Origin: Catajapyx aquilonaris | Taxonomy: Eukaryota | NCBI GenBank assembly: GCA_000934665.2 | Contig: KZ538553.1 | Span: 1 to 62,481 of the forward strand | Direction: 5' to 3' | DNA length: 62,481 nucleotides | Shown: in pieces, positions 37,586 through 49,056 of the stretch | How the letters are laid out: each line of letters begins with the position of its first letter | Numbering within the stretch: the first letter of the stretch is position 1 | Notes under the pieces: generated by a model | What the model saw: only the letters and a program-made list of their open reading frames with translations | Told to the model about the DNA's origin: nothing | The model's database searches: none | Translations under genes and position numbers: made by a program

Positions 37586-38997
37586 GTGAGTTGGAAGTTT
37601 CTTATTCTATGTGTTAAATTTGCTTGAATATGTGACGTGCATTCTATTATCCCTTTGCACATTCTCAGGTAGCACTTACGGGGAAATTTTCAGGAATGAT
37701 CGTGGGCTTGGCAACGATTAGCTTCAATTTATCACACTGTCCGCAATTATTCTTTAGAAGATACATTTCTGATCACTGGGAATAGGGATAGCTGCGTAAA
37801 TATTTGTGAATCGACCAGTGTCTCCTTACAGCCTTATGAAAATCATAATTCTACAGATTTGCATACAACATCACACAGTTTTTGTAACTGCTTTTGAGTC
37901 ATTTAAGGTTTATTTCCAATGCTGATATTGCTACCTGGGTTTGTTGCAGACTTTTCAGTCTCATTTAGTTGAAATGCATTAATTTAATTCTTTCCCTAAT
38001 CAAGGAATGGTTGTCAAGTTTTACTCCAAGCAGTGTTGTGCTGTGGTTCATTTACAATACTTAAATATATATTTGTTCTGCAGTTGGTTTTTTGCAGTTC
38101 TGTGCATTGGCATGATCCCAGCCCCCAATTTAATGGGCTGAAATAACTGAAACTCCTTTTTTTTTCCAGTCAAGCCTGGCCAAATATGTTTGCTATTTTA
38201 AACTGCTTCTTACTAGTGCGTTAGTTATGCTTAATTTTCCCTTGTAACATTTAGGTTGGCCCACCTTGTTTGCGTTCAATTAATTCTCACATAAGCGTAG
38301 GATTAATATTTGCTTAACTAATCATGTAGAGTGGTAGCGATGCCCAAAAGTGCAAGTTACGTTAGCAGCAGTAATTTTGGTTCCACTAACAAGGGGGGAG
38401 GGTTCACTGATTTTTCTGGTTATTAAGAAAAACATGCTGTGATCTTGTTTCTGTTTGGAGAAGATGAAAATATTGTTACATTGACAAAAGATTGGTGCAC
38501 TATCTCTTAAATATTACGTCAAATATGCACACCTTGGACATTCACTAATATAAAAGTTATCTTAATTAATATCTTGCAAAATTATGAAATGACCATTATC
38601 AGACCAGACCTCAGGAATTCCTTTGCTAATATTACCAAAGTTATCTAAGTTCATAATTATTAGCAAAGTCAATGTGATCTAGCATTTAATAATTACGACC
38701 TTGTTTGTTTTTCCAAATAACCTGAAAATATGCAATGAAGTTTACCGATGCAGATAACTTCCAGATCAAAGATGTTTTCTCTTAGAATATCCTGCATCGC
38801 TAAACATTCATGAGCAGAAATAACTTTTCAAACATAGCAGAAAGTAGGTGTAGCAGGTTTTTAACAAGTGTGAATGAATAACTATGCCCTCCCAAAGTTA
38901 ACAAAAAAAAAAATGCAGATATTTTCATTAACAAGAGAAAGATATTAACGACCCCTTCCCCTTTCCCTCCCCCCATTCCCTCACCCCTCCCCGGCAG

Positions 38998-39210
38998 GCA
39001 TTGTTGGTCCGAGGCCAGGGGGCAACAATAGCCGGCCCCTCTTCCCCCAGTGGTCGCATCACGTCTACCCCCAGTACTTGCCCGGAGGCCACCCAAACGC
39101 GGCTGCCCCTCCAACCACTCAGGCCTACCTCAGGCCTCTCTTTAAAGCCTCTAGCCTTAATGGTCAGATTCACAGGCAGCCTTGTTGTAGGCAAGCTGCT
39201 AGTCTCGCAG
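38998..39210 (+). CDS. NBEA: Candidate neurobeachin cassette exon (GIVGPRPGGNNSRPLFPQWSHHVYPQYLP...)
   Basis: Long C-rich pyrimidine tract then ggcag|; open in phase 1; donor |gtaaa at 39211 (alternative in-frame donor |gtcag at 39163). GC-rich island in an AT-rich intron. Confidence 0.7.
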
Positions 39211-40151
39211 GTAAAAATGAATAAGTTTCCAAAAGAAATATATAAACAAAAAAACAAAACAAAAATGTAATGTAAAGAAAAAGTACAATTCCAGAGAAAA
39301 TATACCTAGCGCTGATGTTTCTCTCTACATGTGCAGATGTGTGCAGTGGGACTTCATTATGGTTGCTGCCCATGTCGCAGTACATTTAGTAAAGAATATG
39401 AAAATGAAGTCAAGATCACATTAAAGAGATAAAAGTACATTCAGCTTGTGCAAATTTTAAGTAGTTTCTGATTAGCAATCAAACCTTGTCTTGAATGCAA
39501 TATTAATATATGCTGTATTCAATGAAATACCTTAAAGAGAATTATTGAAGCTTTTTTAAAAAACTAATACAATATAATTATATCCCAGACCTGGTGAGTC
39601 ACAGGTTTTCGTTTATGAATGTAACGTGCTTGGTGACAAATTCACGAATTTGTTCATGTTTGGTCATTTTAACAATGTGTCACTACAAAGTAATGTTTGG
39701 GCACTATAAATGCAATATTGCGAGAAGTTACCATTAATTTAAATAACATAGTGAAGTCCTACGACGCACATGTTATGAGCCTCCCTTTATTATCAGTTCC
39801 CCCTCAGTCTTGTAAACACCACTGGCTTGTCGGGTTTTCCCCAAGGTAGCACTAGGAACCCCCCTTTTAACTCTTGATTTAACTCATTTATTTATGTTGA
39901 GTATGGATTTAGATTGGATGTATGTGTGTGTGTGTTCCTCTCCCCCTTCAGTACCATACTTGGTTCTTGGACAGTTTGCTTCTTATCTACCTAGTTGTCG
40001 CCTGATAAATTTGATTGTGCTACTTGGGTTGAGTCGTTGGTTTTATTCAGTTAGTGCTGCACCAGTGTACTATCGTATTTTTCAGTGGCTTGTGGAGTAC
40101 ATTTAGCAGTTGAGATGCATGTGAGCACAAGTTTAATCAGTGATTAACAAG

Positions 40152-40335
40152 CAGGGGTCATCCAGCCGCTCACAAAAAATATTAGTGTTTCTTGCGATGT
40201 CAGGAAAAAGCTGTGTGTAATTCTGTCCAGGGTCACTTTATAATGAAACTTAAGAATGTGAAGGATATAAAATAACCAAAATTATATACTTTATAATGCA
40301 AACGTAAATTTTGCTGCCGAGTTTGATGACCACTG
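40152..40335. mobile_element. Degenerate hAT-like MITE
   Basis: Ends CAGGGGTCATCCAGC / GTTTGATGACCACTG (imperfect terminal inverted repeat, TIR); no clean 8-bp TSD. Confidence 0.4.
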
Positions 40336-40531
40336 CTTGTGCAGCAATTGAAGCGAGCACCATTTTTGCGCACAAATTATTATTACTTGCTTGAAATTGG
40401 CACTACCAGAAATGGGGCCGTTTATTTGCTGCTGTAAATAATATGCTGAATGATGAACAAAGCGATGGCCCTTCGACTAATATTACTGCCTATTCCCCTT
40501 TCTCTATTGCTCTACCTTTCCTGCTGCTTAG

Positions 40532-40677
40532 CCCATCACAAGATGGCCAGTTATCATGCCACCTCCCCAGAAGATGGGGTTCGCAATGGCGAGTACGATG
40601 TTATAGAGGTTGACGAGCACAACCCATCCGTCCTTACTGATAATGACATCCATTCCAGTGGTCCTCCGTCACTCAAA
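40532..40677 (+). CDS. NBEA: Neurobeachin exon (AHHKMAS...[15 protein letters not shown]...SSGPPSLK)
   Basis: cttag|CC...AAA|gtaag; 146 nt; needed to convert phase 1 to phase 0. Confidence 0.85.
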
Positions 40678-41184
40678 GTAAGTGGAAATTTACCCTCATT
40701 ACATTGCATGTAGAATAAGGTGACTAGTGGTACAAAATTTCTTTTAGCATAGCATAATTTTTCTTGGGGAAATGGTGTAGTGAATTTTTAAATGACATTG
40801 AAAGAATTTCTCTTCAAGTAGCTGTTTTATGCTTTCATGTTATGCGGTTTATAGTTTGGGGATTTGTGCATTTCTCAGTTTCATTTGAGGGCAACTGCAG
40901 ATTACAAAATTCCAGAACTATGTAGTTAACCAGGTCGAAAAGGTTGAGAGGTGTTACTTAGCATTTTCTTTTTAATGCAGTGTTAACCTGAAAGGGAACA
41001 TAACATGGTGACTTGGAAAATAATTGCATGGGGGAATGACCTGATAGATTTTGCCACCTTTATCATTTAATATGGTCTTAAGGTGACTTTTGGTACTGAT
41101 CTATAACTCTCTTACTGAAATCCTCTATTTTCTTTTTTCTCTTCCATTTGCATCTGATCCTTTAAAATTGCAACTGATCTCCAG

Positions 41185-41313
41185 GGGAATCCCCGAAGTA
41201 GATCCTCATCCCACGCTAGCAACCCTCCCATAGCCTATAGCCTAGATGCACCTGACGGTAACAGGTACTCACGTCCAACTTCCTTGCCTGCCGGGCCTGC
41301 ACAGCCTGCAAAG
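41185..41313 (+). CDS. NBEA: Candidate neurobeachin cassette exon (GNPRSRSSSHASNPP...RPTSLPAGPAQPAK)
   Basis: Upstream pyrimidine tract; tccag|GGG...AAG|gtaac; 129 nt, stop-free, phase 0-0. Confidence 0.6.
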
Positions 41314-41522
41314 GTAACTTTGGAGCTGGTACTCTTTTGTACTGTCCGTAACTGTTTCATAGTAGCAAGTGTTAACTCATTATATTATTCATTCATTCAT
41401 TCCGTACATCACATCTTGTTCTTAACCCCTTCGCTACCAGTTAGGCCGAAAACGCCTAGATTTTCGATTATGCATACTCTGATGATACTAACATGATATT
41501 TTACAAGTAATAACAGTTACAC

Positions 41523-41580
41523 TTACACGGTCATGATTTCGCTATGAAAGTTTACACGGTCATGATTTCGCTATGAAAGT
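41523..41580. repeat. Perfect 29-bp tandem duplication
   Basis: TTACACGGTCATGATTTCGCTATGAAAGT x2. Confidence 0.9.
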
Positions 41581-41817
41581 GTTTGGAACAACTTTCCTCG
41601 TCTAGAAGTTCCTAAATTAATTTTCAAAAATATTGCTGTGAAAACTCAGAGTTCGAATACTACCGGCCAATTGTTAGGCTGATTTAATTATGATATACAG
41701 GGTGGCCCTGAATGATTGTCAACTTTTGAAAGTATCTTAATTTCTATTAGTTGCAGTGTGCAATGACAAGACAGACGTAGAACGAAAGAGGACGTTTTGA
41801 AGTTTTTATTGCACACA

Positions 41818-42289
41818 CTACAAGTGCTCAATATGAGCACCTTTCGTCACACGACACACATCAAGACGATAGTCCAATTCTCTCCACACCCTTTTCAGCA
41901 TGTCTGGTGTGATTGCTTCCATAGCAGCAACAATCCTCCATTTCAACTCACACAGGCTGGTAGGTAGCGGTGGTACAAAGACCTGGTCCTTAGCTTTACA
42001 TACCCCAGAGGAAAAAGTCACACGGGGTGAGGTCAGGAGACCTTGGAGGCCACTGGAGAAAAACCATCACACTCTCGGCTCTCTCCTCCGACACACGCGG
42101 ACATTCCGTACCCATGCCCTTGCAAAGGCATTCCGTCTTCTGAAACTCCTGGAACCACCATTCAATGAGATTGTAGGGAGGGGCGTAACGTCCTCCGTAC
42201 TGTCACCAGAAGGCCATCTGAACAACAACTACCGAACCAAGCTTTGCAAACTGCAGGACACAGAACGCTTTCTGTTCATGAGACGCCAT
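41818..42289 (-). pseudogene. Tc1/mariner transposase pseudogene (DUF4817-like HTH N-terminus joined to C-terminus)
   Basis: N-terminus MASHEQKAFCVLQFAK...FW* is followed almost directly by WPPRSPDLTPCDFFLWG and ...WRELDYRLDVCRVTKGAHIEHL*. There are stops and frameshifts, and most of the catalytic domain is lost. Confidence 0.85.
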
Positions 42290-42292
42290 TTT

Positions 42293-43019
42293 CAGGATGA
42301 CCGCCAGTCAGGGAAAACAGGGAACACAGGATAGACACCGGGAAATTGGAAATTAGATGGTAGACAGGGAAAATACAAGGAAATTCGTGTCAATCACTCA
42401 AAATATGCTAAAATTACAATTACTGACAAATATGTTGACAAATTTTTTGTGTTGATCTGGAAGGATATTTTGATGATGTGTCTTTATTAAATTTGGTGTG
42501 GGAAATCATATCCAATGGTGATATTTTATATATTTTTTTTGTATCAAAATTTTTCTAGTTTTCTTAAATATTGTGAAATTTGCACAGAGGTTCCGAGAAA
42601 TACAGCTGGCTTTCATCCTTGACGTGAAGATATACCAAAATGCCACCCAAATATGCACAACATTCCAGTGAATCCATAGTACACTCTCGGCATCCTTCCA
42701 GACACATAATTATCATGACACGAAATGTTAATTTTGTTTCCCTTATGTTCTCTTCAGTGATGAGGAATCATGCAAGTCAATCTAGGAGTTAAGCCAGTCA
42801 TGTTTTATATTGTAATGTTTTCATTCACACATAATAAAAGGGAAAATTCCTAAGTGATTTGTGCGCGTATTTCTGACGTGAATCACTCCCTATTTGCTTC
42901 ACAATGCATTTTCAAATGAAAATAGCTGGAGAAAAGAGGCAGGGAAAAAGTCAACGAAGACACATGGAAAACAGGGAAAACACAGGGAAATTGTATTTAA
43001 GTCACTGGTGGTCACCCTG
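42293..43019. mobile_element. Non-autonomous TIR element with 5-bp TSD, possibly hAT5-like (inner layer)
   Basis: TIR CAGGATGACCGCCAGT / ACTGGTGGTCACCCTG (14 of 16 match); ATTTT duplicated at 42288-42292 and 43020-43024; subterminal AGGGAAA repeats at both ends. Confidence 0.8.
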
Positions 43020-43695
43020 ATTTTGTGAAATGGCCCTGTGTGCCTCGCGGCAAAGTGCGGAACCAACTTTTCTATGTGCAATAAAAACTTCAAAATGTGC
43101 TCTTTCGTTCTGTATGTCTGTCTTGTCTTTGCACACCGCAACTAATAGAAATTAAGCAATTTTCAAAAGTTGACAATCATTTAGGGACACCCGGTACATT
43201 ATACATGAAAACATACGTAATCGAAAATCTAGGCGTTTTTTGCCTATCTGGTAGTGAAGGGGTTAATCAGTAGGGGGCAGTCAAATATAATGAAAGAACT
43301 TGCACATCTCTGGAGCACTGGCTAAATGCTTACAGGGAGAGGCAAGTGGTCTATGAAATGAATGACTAACTGTTGAACCTGATTACTTCATGTTGATGGT
43401 GATTGGAAACAATAAAACCATGATATTAGCTAGGAGTAAATTAACAAACACCATTTTGTTGTGGATTCATTTGCTCTTGGTATTAGTCAGTAATGAGAAT
43501 ATTGACGTCAGATCATTTGCAGAGGAAAATAATAATGTTAAAAAATGAAGTAGTGATTTTTTGCATTTAATGTGCAAAAAATAGGCAAAAATGTGCAGGT
43601 TTTAGATGGTTAAAAGTTGACTGGCCATATGTAGTCAAAATCCTGTAATATTAAAAATGACCGGGAGAGATAATAGCCAATCATTCAACCTCCAG

Positions 43696-44245
43696 GCATG
43701 CGATTCCTTGGAGCAAGTGAACGACACGTCTTCCCAGCACACTACCAGCTCCACTGCTGACACTGATGACAAAGTCGGAAGTGGCAGTGAGGCTGGTGGT
43801 GTTGGTGGTGAGTCAACTGGAAATGGGTCTAAAGGAGATGAGAGCTGGACCGACGTAAACCTCAATGACGAAGGACGTGAGTCAGGGGAAAGAACCCCAG
43901 ACTCTCGATACCAGCCTCCGTCTGAGACGAACGACAGAGGTGAAAAGCCACGGGCAGAAATATCTGTCCTTAGCTCCTCCGCCACAGTTGGGAACAGCCT
44001 GGTCCCCTCCCCTGATGGCCAGGTGACCAGGACCAGACCAGAGGACCTCAACATCAAGCCCTTTGTGAATGCTGACAATTTTCCATTGCCAACACCTTCT
44101 AGAGAGGCAAGCTTGACCAAGAAGCTGGAAATGGCCCTTGGTTCAGTTTGCCCATTACTCAGGGAGATAATGGTGGACTTTGCACCATTCCTCTCAAAAA
44201 CGCTTATTGGATCCCACGGCCAAGAGCTTCTCATGGAGGGTAAAG
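43696..44245 (+). CDS. NBEA: Neurobeachin exon (ACDSLEQ...ESWTDVNLN...[44 protein letters not shown])
   Basis: tccag|GCA...AAAG|gtcag; 550 nt; start of DUF1088-like region. Confidence 0.9.
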
Positions 44246-44605
44246 GTCAGTGGCTCAAGAGTCACTTTTATATCCATAGAGTCTGTAGTTTGCAGAAGTC
44301 ATTACTGCAGAATCACCAAGGAAGCTTCAAAATGCGCATTACATTGTATTGTACTCAGGGAATTTTTTGAGGTTGTTGAGATTTATTTTAGAAAGGAGCT
44401 TCTATGACATCTATTAAAAGTCTTAAACCGAACATTACAAGTTTAAAATTTACCTGTCACGGAATTCCTGCCGATGCTCCTTCACATTGAATTAGCATTT
44501 TCCTTGGTCTCCCTCCAGTAGTATCATACATTATTTATGAGGAGCGCTTGATTAATTTTGTAATCAGGATGAGTAAGATTTGCATCCATTTTTGTCTCTT
44601 CACAG

Positions 44606-44732
44606 GTTTGACCACTTTCAAGAACAGCAACTCTGTGGTAGAGTTGGTGATGCTTTTGTGCTCTCAAGAGTGGCAAAATTCTCTTCAGAAACATGCTGGA
44701 TTAGCCTTTATAGAACTCATCAATGAGGGAAG
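44606..44732 (+). CDS. NBEA: Neurobeachin exon ([41 protein letters not shown])
   Basis: cacag|GT...AG|gtcag; 127 nt. Confidence 0.93.
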
Positions 44733-44810
44733 GTCAGTTGCAAAAACAAATCATATGACTGAAAAATTATGGAATGAGGGCTTTGCTGATCCAAGCATGT
44801 TTTCCCACAG

Positions 44811-45095
44811 ACTTTTATCCCATGCAATGAAGGACCACATTGTTCGTGTGGCTAACGAGGCTGAGTTTATCCTTAACCGCATGCGAGCAGATGATGTGCT
44901 GAAGCATGCCGAGTTTGAGTCCCTCTGTGCCCAGACCCTGCTGGACAGGAAGGAGGAGGAACGCATGTGTGACCACCTCATAACTGCGGCCAGGAGAAGG
45001 GACAATGTCATCGCCAACAAACTTCTTGAGAAGATCATTAACATCATGTCCAACAAGCATGGAGCTTGGGGACAAAAGGAGAATGAGCCCCCCAA
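44811..45095 (+). CDS. NBEA: Neurobeachin exon ([23 protein letters not shown]...HGAWG...)
   Basis: cacag|A...AA|gtatg; 285 nt. Confidence 0.93.
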
Positions 45096-45358
45096 GTATG
45101 TTTGGTCTTCATATTAATGTTATTGACATTCTTATTCATTTATTTATTACTTACTGATAGGTCATCTGTGTAATGGGTAAGCGTGGACATCCGTGGTAAT
45201 TCACCCAAAAATGTTCGCAAAAGTTATCCCAATCATTAGATTACCTCTTATGTCTAGACTTGGAGCAATGAGCTCTCTTCGGATTGTACAACATTTTTGT
45301 ATTGGGTCTCATCTCAAATAGTTGATTATCATGCATGTCATTCTAAACTCATCCTCAG

Positions 45359-45627
45359 AATTGAGTTCTGGAAGCTTGACTCTTGGGAGGACGATGCAAG
45401 GCGACGGAAACGGTTTGTCCCCAACATGTTTGGATCGAGCCACCCAGAGGCCACATTGAAGGCAGCTCTTGAGCATGGGGCACCTGAGGACGCCATATTG
45501 GAAGCCCGAGAGGAGTTCCATGCCCACTTGGCAGCCACCAGGGCACAGCAGCAGATGCAATCCAATGACCTGATGGATGACAATGAGCTGATGACAGATG
45601 ACAGGGATCTTGACATGGACCTCACTG
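45359..45627 (+). CDS. NBEA: Neurobeachin exon ([19 protein letters not shown]...DMDLT)
   Basis: ctcag|A...ACTG|gtaag; 269 nt. Confidence 0.93.
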
Positions 45628-45863
45628 GTAAGTTGAGATGGGTACAGGACTTCATAATGTCTAATTTAAACATGCCACTTAAAACCAGCGCATTTGAAGT
45701 TAGACAATATCTAAGAATTCAGATTGATATGATCTAATGACAACTTGTAGTTAACTGTAGTTAAGTTAGTATGGTACCTGTTTTTAACTTAATTTAGGTA
45801 TGGTTTTTTTTTTCATACACTAGAAGTCATTGCTGTTTTTTTTCATTCCATTTATTGACCAAG

Positions 45864-46000
45864 GACCAATAAACATCAGCACGAAGGCCCGCCTCATTGC
45901 TCCAGGGATTGTGGCTCCTGGTATGGTATCCATCACTTCCAATGAGCTGTACTTCGAGGTAGATGAAGACGAACCTGACTTCAAGAAGATCGACCAAGAG
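45864..46000 (+). CDS. NBEA: Neurobeachin exon, first part of the BEACH-associated PH domain ([15 protein letters not shown]...[10 protein letters not shown]...DQE)
   Basis: ccaag|GA...GAG|gtagg; 137 nt. Confidence 0.9.
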
Positions 46001-48919
46001 GTAGGGAGCCTGTCATTTTCTAATAAGCTTGTGCATGATGGTCTGATCGTTGCGGGGCTCTTCCGATGCGCGTGTTTTGATCAGTGTCAGACAAGGACAA
46101 GCAACGAGGGATGCCGGAAAAGGTGAGGCAGCGCTCTGCATCCGTGGTGCATGGAAATTCAGTCTGACACTGATCCCGAAACGAGTCTTGTTAGGAAGGC
46201 ACACGTCTCGAGGAATTTAAAAAGAAAGGAACAGATAGGATGTAAAAAGTGTGGTGTGGTTACTTGACAGTTTCTTAGCGCTTGATTTCGCTTTTAAAAC
46301 AGGATGAGGACTTACATGGAAAAGCCATTACTTGCCAGATAAGAGGATCAAATGGGGCCGTCCAATGTAGGTTTATGGAGGCTTGCACTCTTCATGTTTA
46401 CTGACAGCCAACAGTTTTGGATTGCTGTTTATTGTCGTACTCACCCCTCTCGCTTAAGTGGCAACAATGAAGATGTTAATGGTGACGCCCGACGACTTTC
46501 GAGGAGAATAGAGCCATCGGAGGCGTTTGAAGCAAATTGTCGGTAATGGCAGACAGGCGTTGACGAAAGTCGACCTCGTTTCGTCCATATCGCACCTCTA
46601 GACATCTGCACGATGTAGAGATCCGTGCTCGTGCTTTGTTGACTTTTTCTGTCGGATTAACGACTTTGGTAGCATGATTTATTTGTAATGTTACTAGTAC
46701 CACGTTCATGGATAATTTCAATGATATCTGCCCAATGTCGTATTATTCATAGTGCAGCGAAATAGCGAATTTATAGTATAGCGAAACTGGGGCCTAATTA
46801 GCGCGTCCCTTGTTGGCCAGCACCATTGTTTGCGAGTCATCATTGTCGTAACTAACTGCTGCGGTGACCATTGCCCTTTATCAAATTTGTCATGGTGGAC
46901 CGGTCAACTGACATCGTTTCACTGACCATGCCACTGACCAAGTGGCACACTTGATGTCCAGTCGAAGGTTCAGGAGTCCAAGCTCATTAATTCAAAATTA
47001 GATTTGGTCACTAAATTTAATTAGAGGTAGTTGTCCGTGACACAACATATTGCTACCAGGATTTTGCCAAGCTCTTATACACATTGTATATAATACCTTG
47101 AAGGCGATACCAGCAAGGCATGAATTTTCTCAACTCTTTTTTTGTGTGTGCTGTGCTGCGTGGAGGCAGCAGCAGGTTTGACTAAATGGGCAAAGAAAGG
47201 TATAAGAAGGGGGCAAGCCTGCCTTCCAGCGACCCTTGTCCACGTAAATTCTCAAAGGGGAGGGTCCGATGTCAAGAAGCCCATTGATTTAGTGATGGAT
47301 GCACTTAAATTACAGAAGAGACAGTAAACGAGCGCGTTTCTCTGACTAATTGCAGCGTCCCTGGGATGGGATTGTGAATTATTGGACATCATCATAGGTT
47401 GAGAACAAATTATGCGAATTTCCTTGGCGATTGGAGGTTTGGAAGTGACAGAAGACAGATGGATCAGTTGTCTCATGGCTATAGTTGATTCATGTCGAAT
47501 TATCTGGCACAAAATGTGCCTGAAGGATTGGCTGTATCGGCTGAAATATGATGAAGGATTGTCTATAGTAATTGCTGCGTCACATTAGTACTTGAAGTTC
47601 ACTGCTTTAGTTAGCTTGCCAACAGCTTTTTTATTATTGCACCGTTTGACCCCTTATTGTGCCAGCCGTTTACGTTTCACATATTTGTAGAAGCGCCTTT
47701 TCCAAATGGCTCAATACACTTTTACCCTCTAATTTTTTCGTCACTGCCATTAGCGAACCAAGTGGTTATCATTTGTAGGCCGTAAAAGGCGGATAATTTG
47801 GGCCAGAAATTGCTCGGTTGCACAGCAGGTAAAGGGGGAGAGAGAGAGAAAAAAAAGGAAATAAAATAATTTTGAGAGCAGTCATTAAGCCATCTCATCC
47901 CGAAGAGTCCTCACGCCATTGTGGTAGCCCCAGTGACGTCACAAGGTGCTGTCGCTGCGTGTTGTCTCAGTTTATATTCCTTGCACTCGCATATAACGCT
48001 CTCTGCCTTCGAGGGGAAACTTGTTCCTTTTGTTTCTTTCACCTCGATGGGCGTGTCTGTGGAGGGGGGGAGGCCGAAGGAGGATTCCTCAACCTCGAGA
48101 CCCGCGGTAAATCATGGTGGCCCACCTATTTGCATGAAGGTATTGCCCAGATCACGATGCGAAGCTCATGTGGTTAATTATGCCACGCGGACGCCATGTT
48201 GGCTCCTATTTATGTACCCCCTTTTTTTTCCTTCAGTTGGGTTCCCGCATTTTTCGACCTCTATAGGACGAGAGGGTGAAATATTCTCGAGGCCCTCCGA
48301 AGAGATAAGTGTACCGGGTATTTACACAACGTGACAAATGGAACGGGGCCGGCTCGTGTCCTTAACCACGATACATCATCATCACTTCTTTTTTTATATA
48401 TATTTGGCAGTGGATCTGGTCTGGTCAGAGAGAAGAAAGAGAAAGAGGAGAGGAAGAAAAAAGAGAGTTAGGTTTTGCAGTCGTCGATAGTCCCGAAGGT
48501 GGTCTGAAACTAAATTACAGGCCTCGGTTCACGTTCGGTGAGTTGGGCTGCTGTTAATTGCTGTTCGTGTTGGGATGCGTCTAGTTTGATTACACTAGAG
48601 ATACACAGTTTTTAAGAGTAGTGGGCCGAATCCAGGAACGTTGTTATTGATTTAATAAAGAGCTCTTGTTTGGAGCTTAAATTACAGCGCGCCTTTAGGT
48701 GCCCGAGGCAGATTATCGCATGTCTATATGGGATGCTGCGGGTGATCCCACAATTTCACGTACCGTACACATTCTTTCTATAGACATGGAAGGGGTTTCA
48801 TCGGTCAGGTATGTGGGTCGGACATGCTTCTGGGTTTTAACCCAAACGTGGTTTTAGGTTGAAGACCTATAAACATGTGCAAAGTGATCAAAATGCTGGA
48901 GAAATAATTGTATGAAGTA

Positions 48920-49056
48920 CAGTGGTCGAAATTAATGGAGGAGCACAAGTATCGCCGCCTGGCGGAGCTTTTCTTTTATACATGAAGCTGTTTCATGTAA
49001 AGCAAAAGCTCCACCAGGCGGCGATACTTGTGCTCCTCCATTCATTTCGACCACTG
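48920..49056. mobile_element. Fold-back MITE (137 bp), TA TSD, Tc1/mariner-type ends
   Basis: TA|CAGTGGTCGAAAT...ATTTCGACCACTG|TA; nearly the whole element is one inverted repeat. Confidence 0.88.

Larger units (their letters stand above)
41698..43194 (-). mobile_element. Tc1/mariner-superfamily element with ~120-bp TIRs, internally deleted (middle layer)
   Basis: TA on both sides; TIR CAGGGTGGCCCTGAATGATTGTCAACTTTTGAAA... matches the reverse complement of 43075-43194; transposase remnants inside. Confidence 0.88.
41426..43262. mobile_element. piggyBac-like non-autonomous element (outer layer of nest)
   Basis: TTAA on both sides; ~45-bp TIR CCCCTTCGCTACCAGTTAGGCCGAAAACGCCTAGATTTTCGATTA with 4 mismatches to the right end. 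Confidence 0.85.
27292..46000 (+). other. NBEA: Neurobeachin / rugose (AKAP550, LRBA family) gene, internal multi-exon part (26 exons, ~2330 codons)
   Basis: Exon translations match neurobeachin motifs as I recall them: [104 protein letters not shown]. All introns are GT-AG and phases are consistent by manual check. Confidence 0.96.

Noticed and set aside
39797..40106. Possible extra exons after pyrimidine tracts at 39797, 39808 and 39952
   Set aside because: No acceptor/donor pair preserves phase 1-1, one has an immediate stop, and the peptides are not neurobeachin-like.
41523..41580. CRISPR-like 29-bp direct repeat
   Set aside because: Two abutting copies with no spacer, inside a eukaryotic transposon; a simple tandem duplication.
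46303..46400. cag|GAT GAG GAC TTA CAT GGA AAA (DEDLHGK) resembling the next PH exon
   Set aside because: Similarity stops after LHGK; the expected W...RAIFSRRYLL motif is absent.
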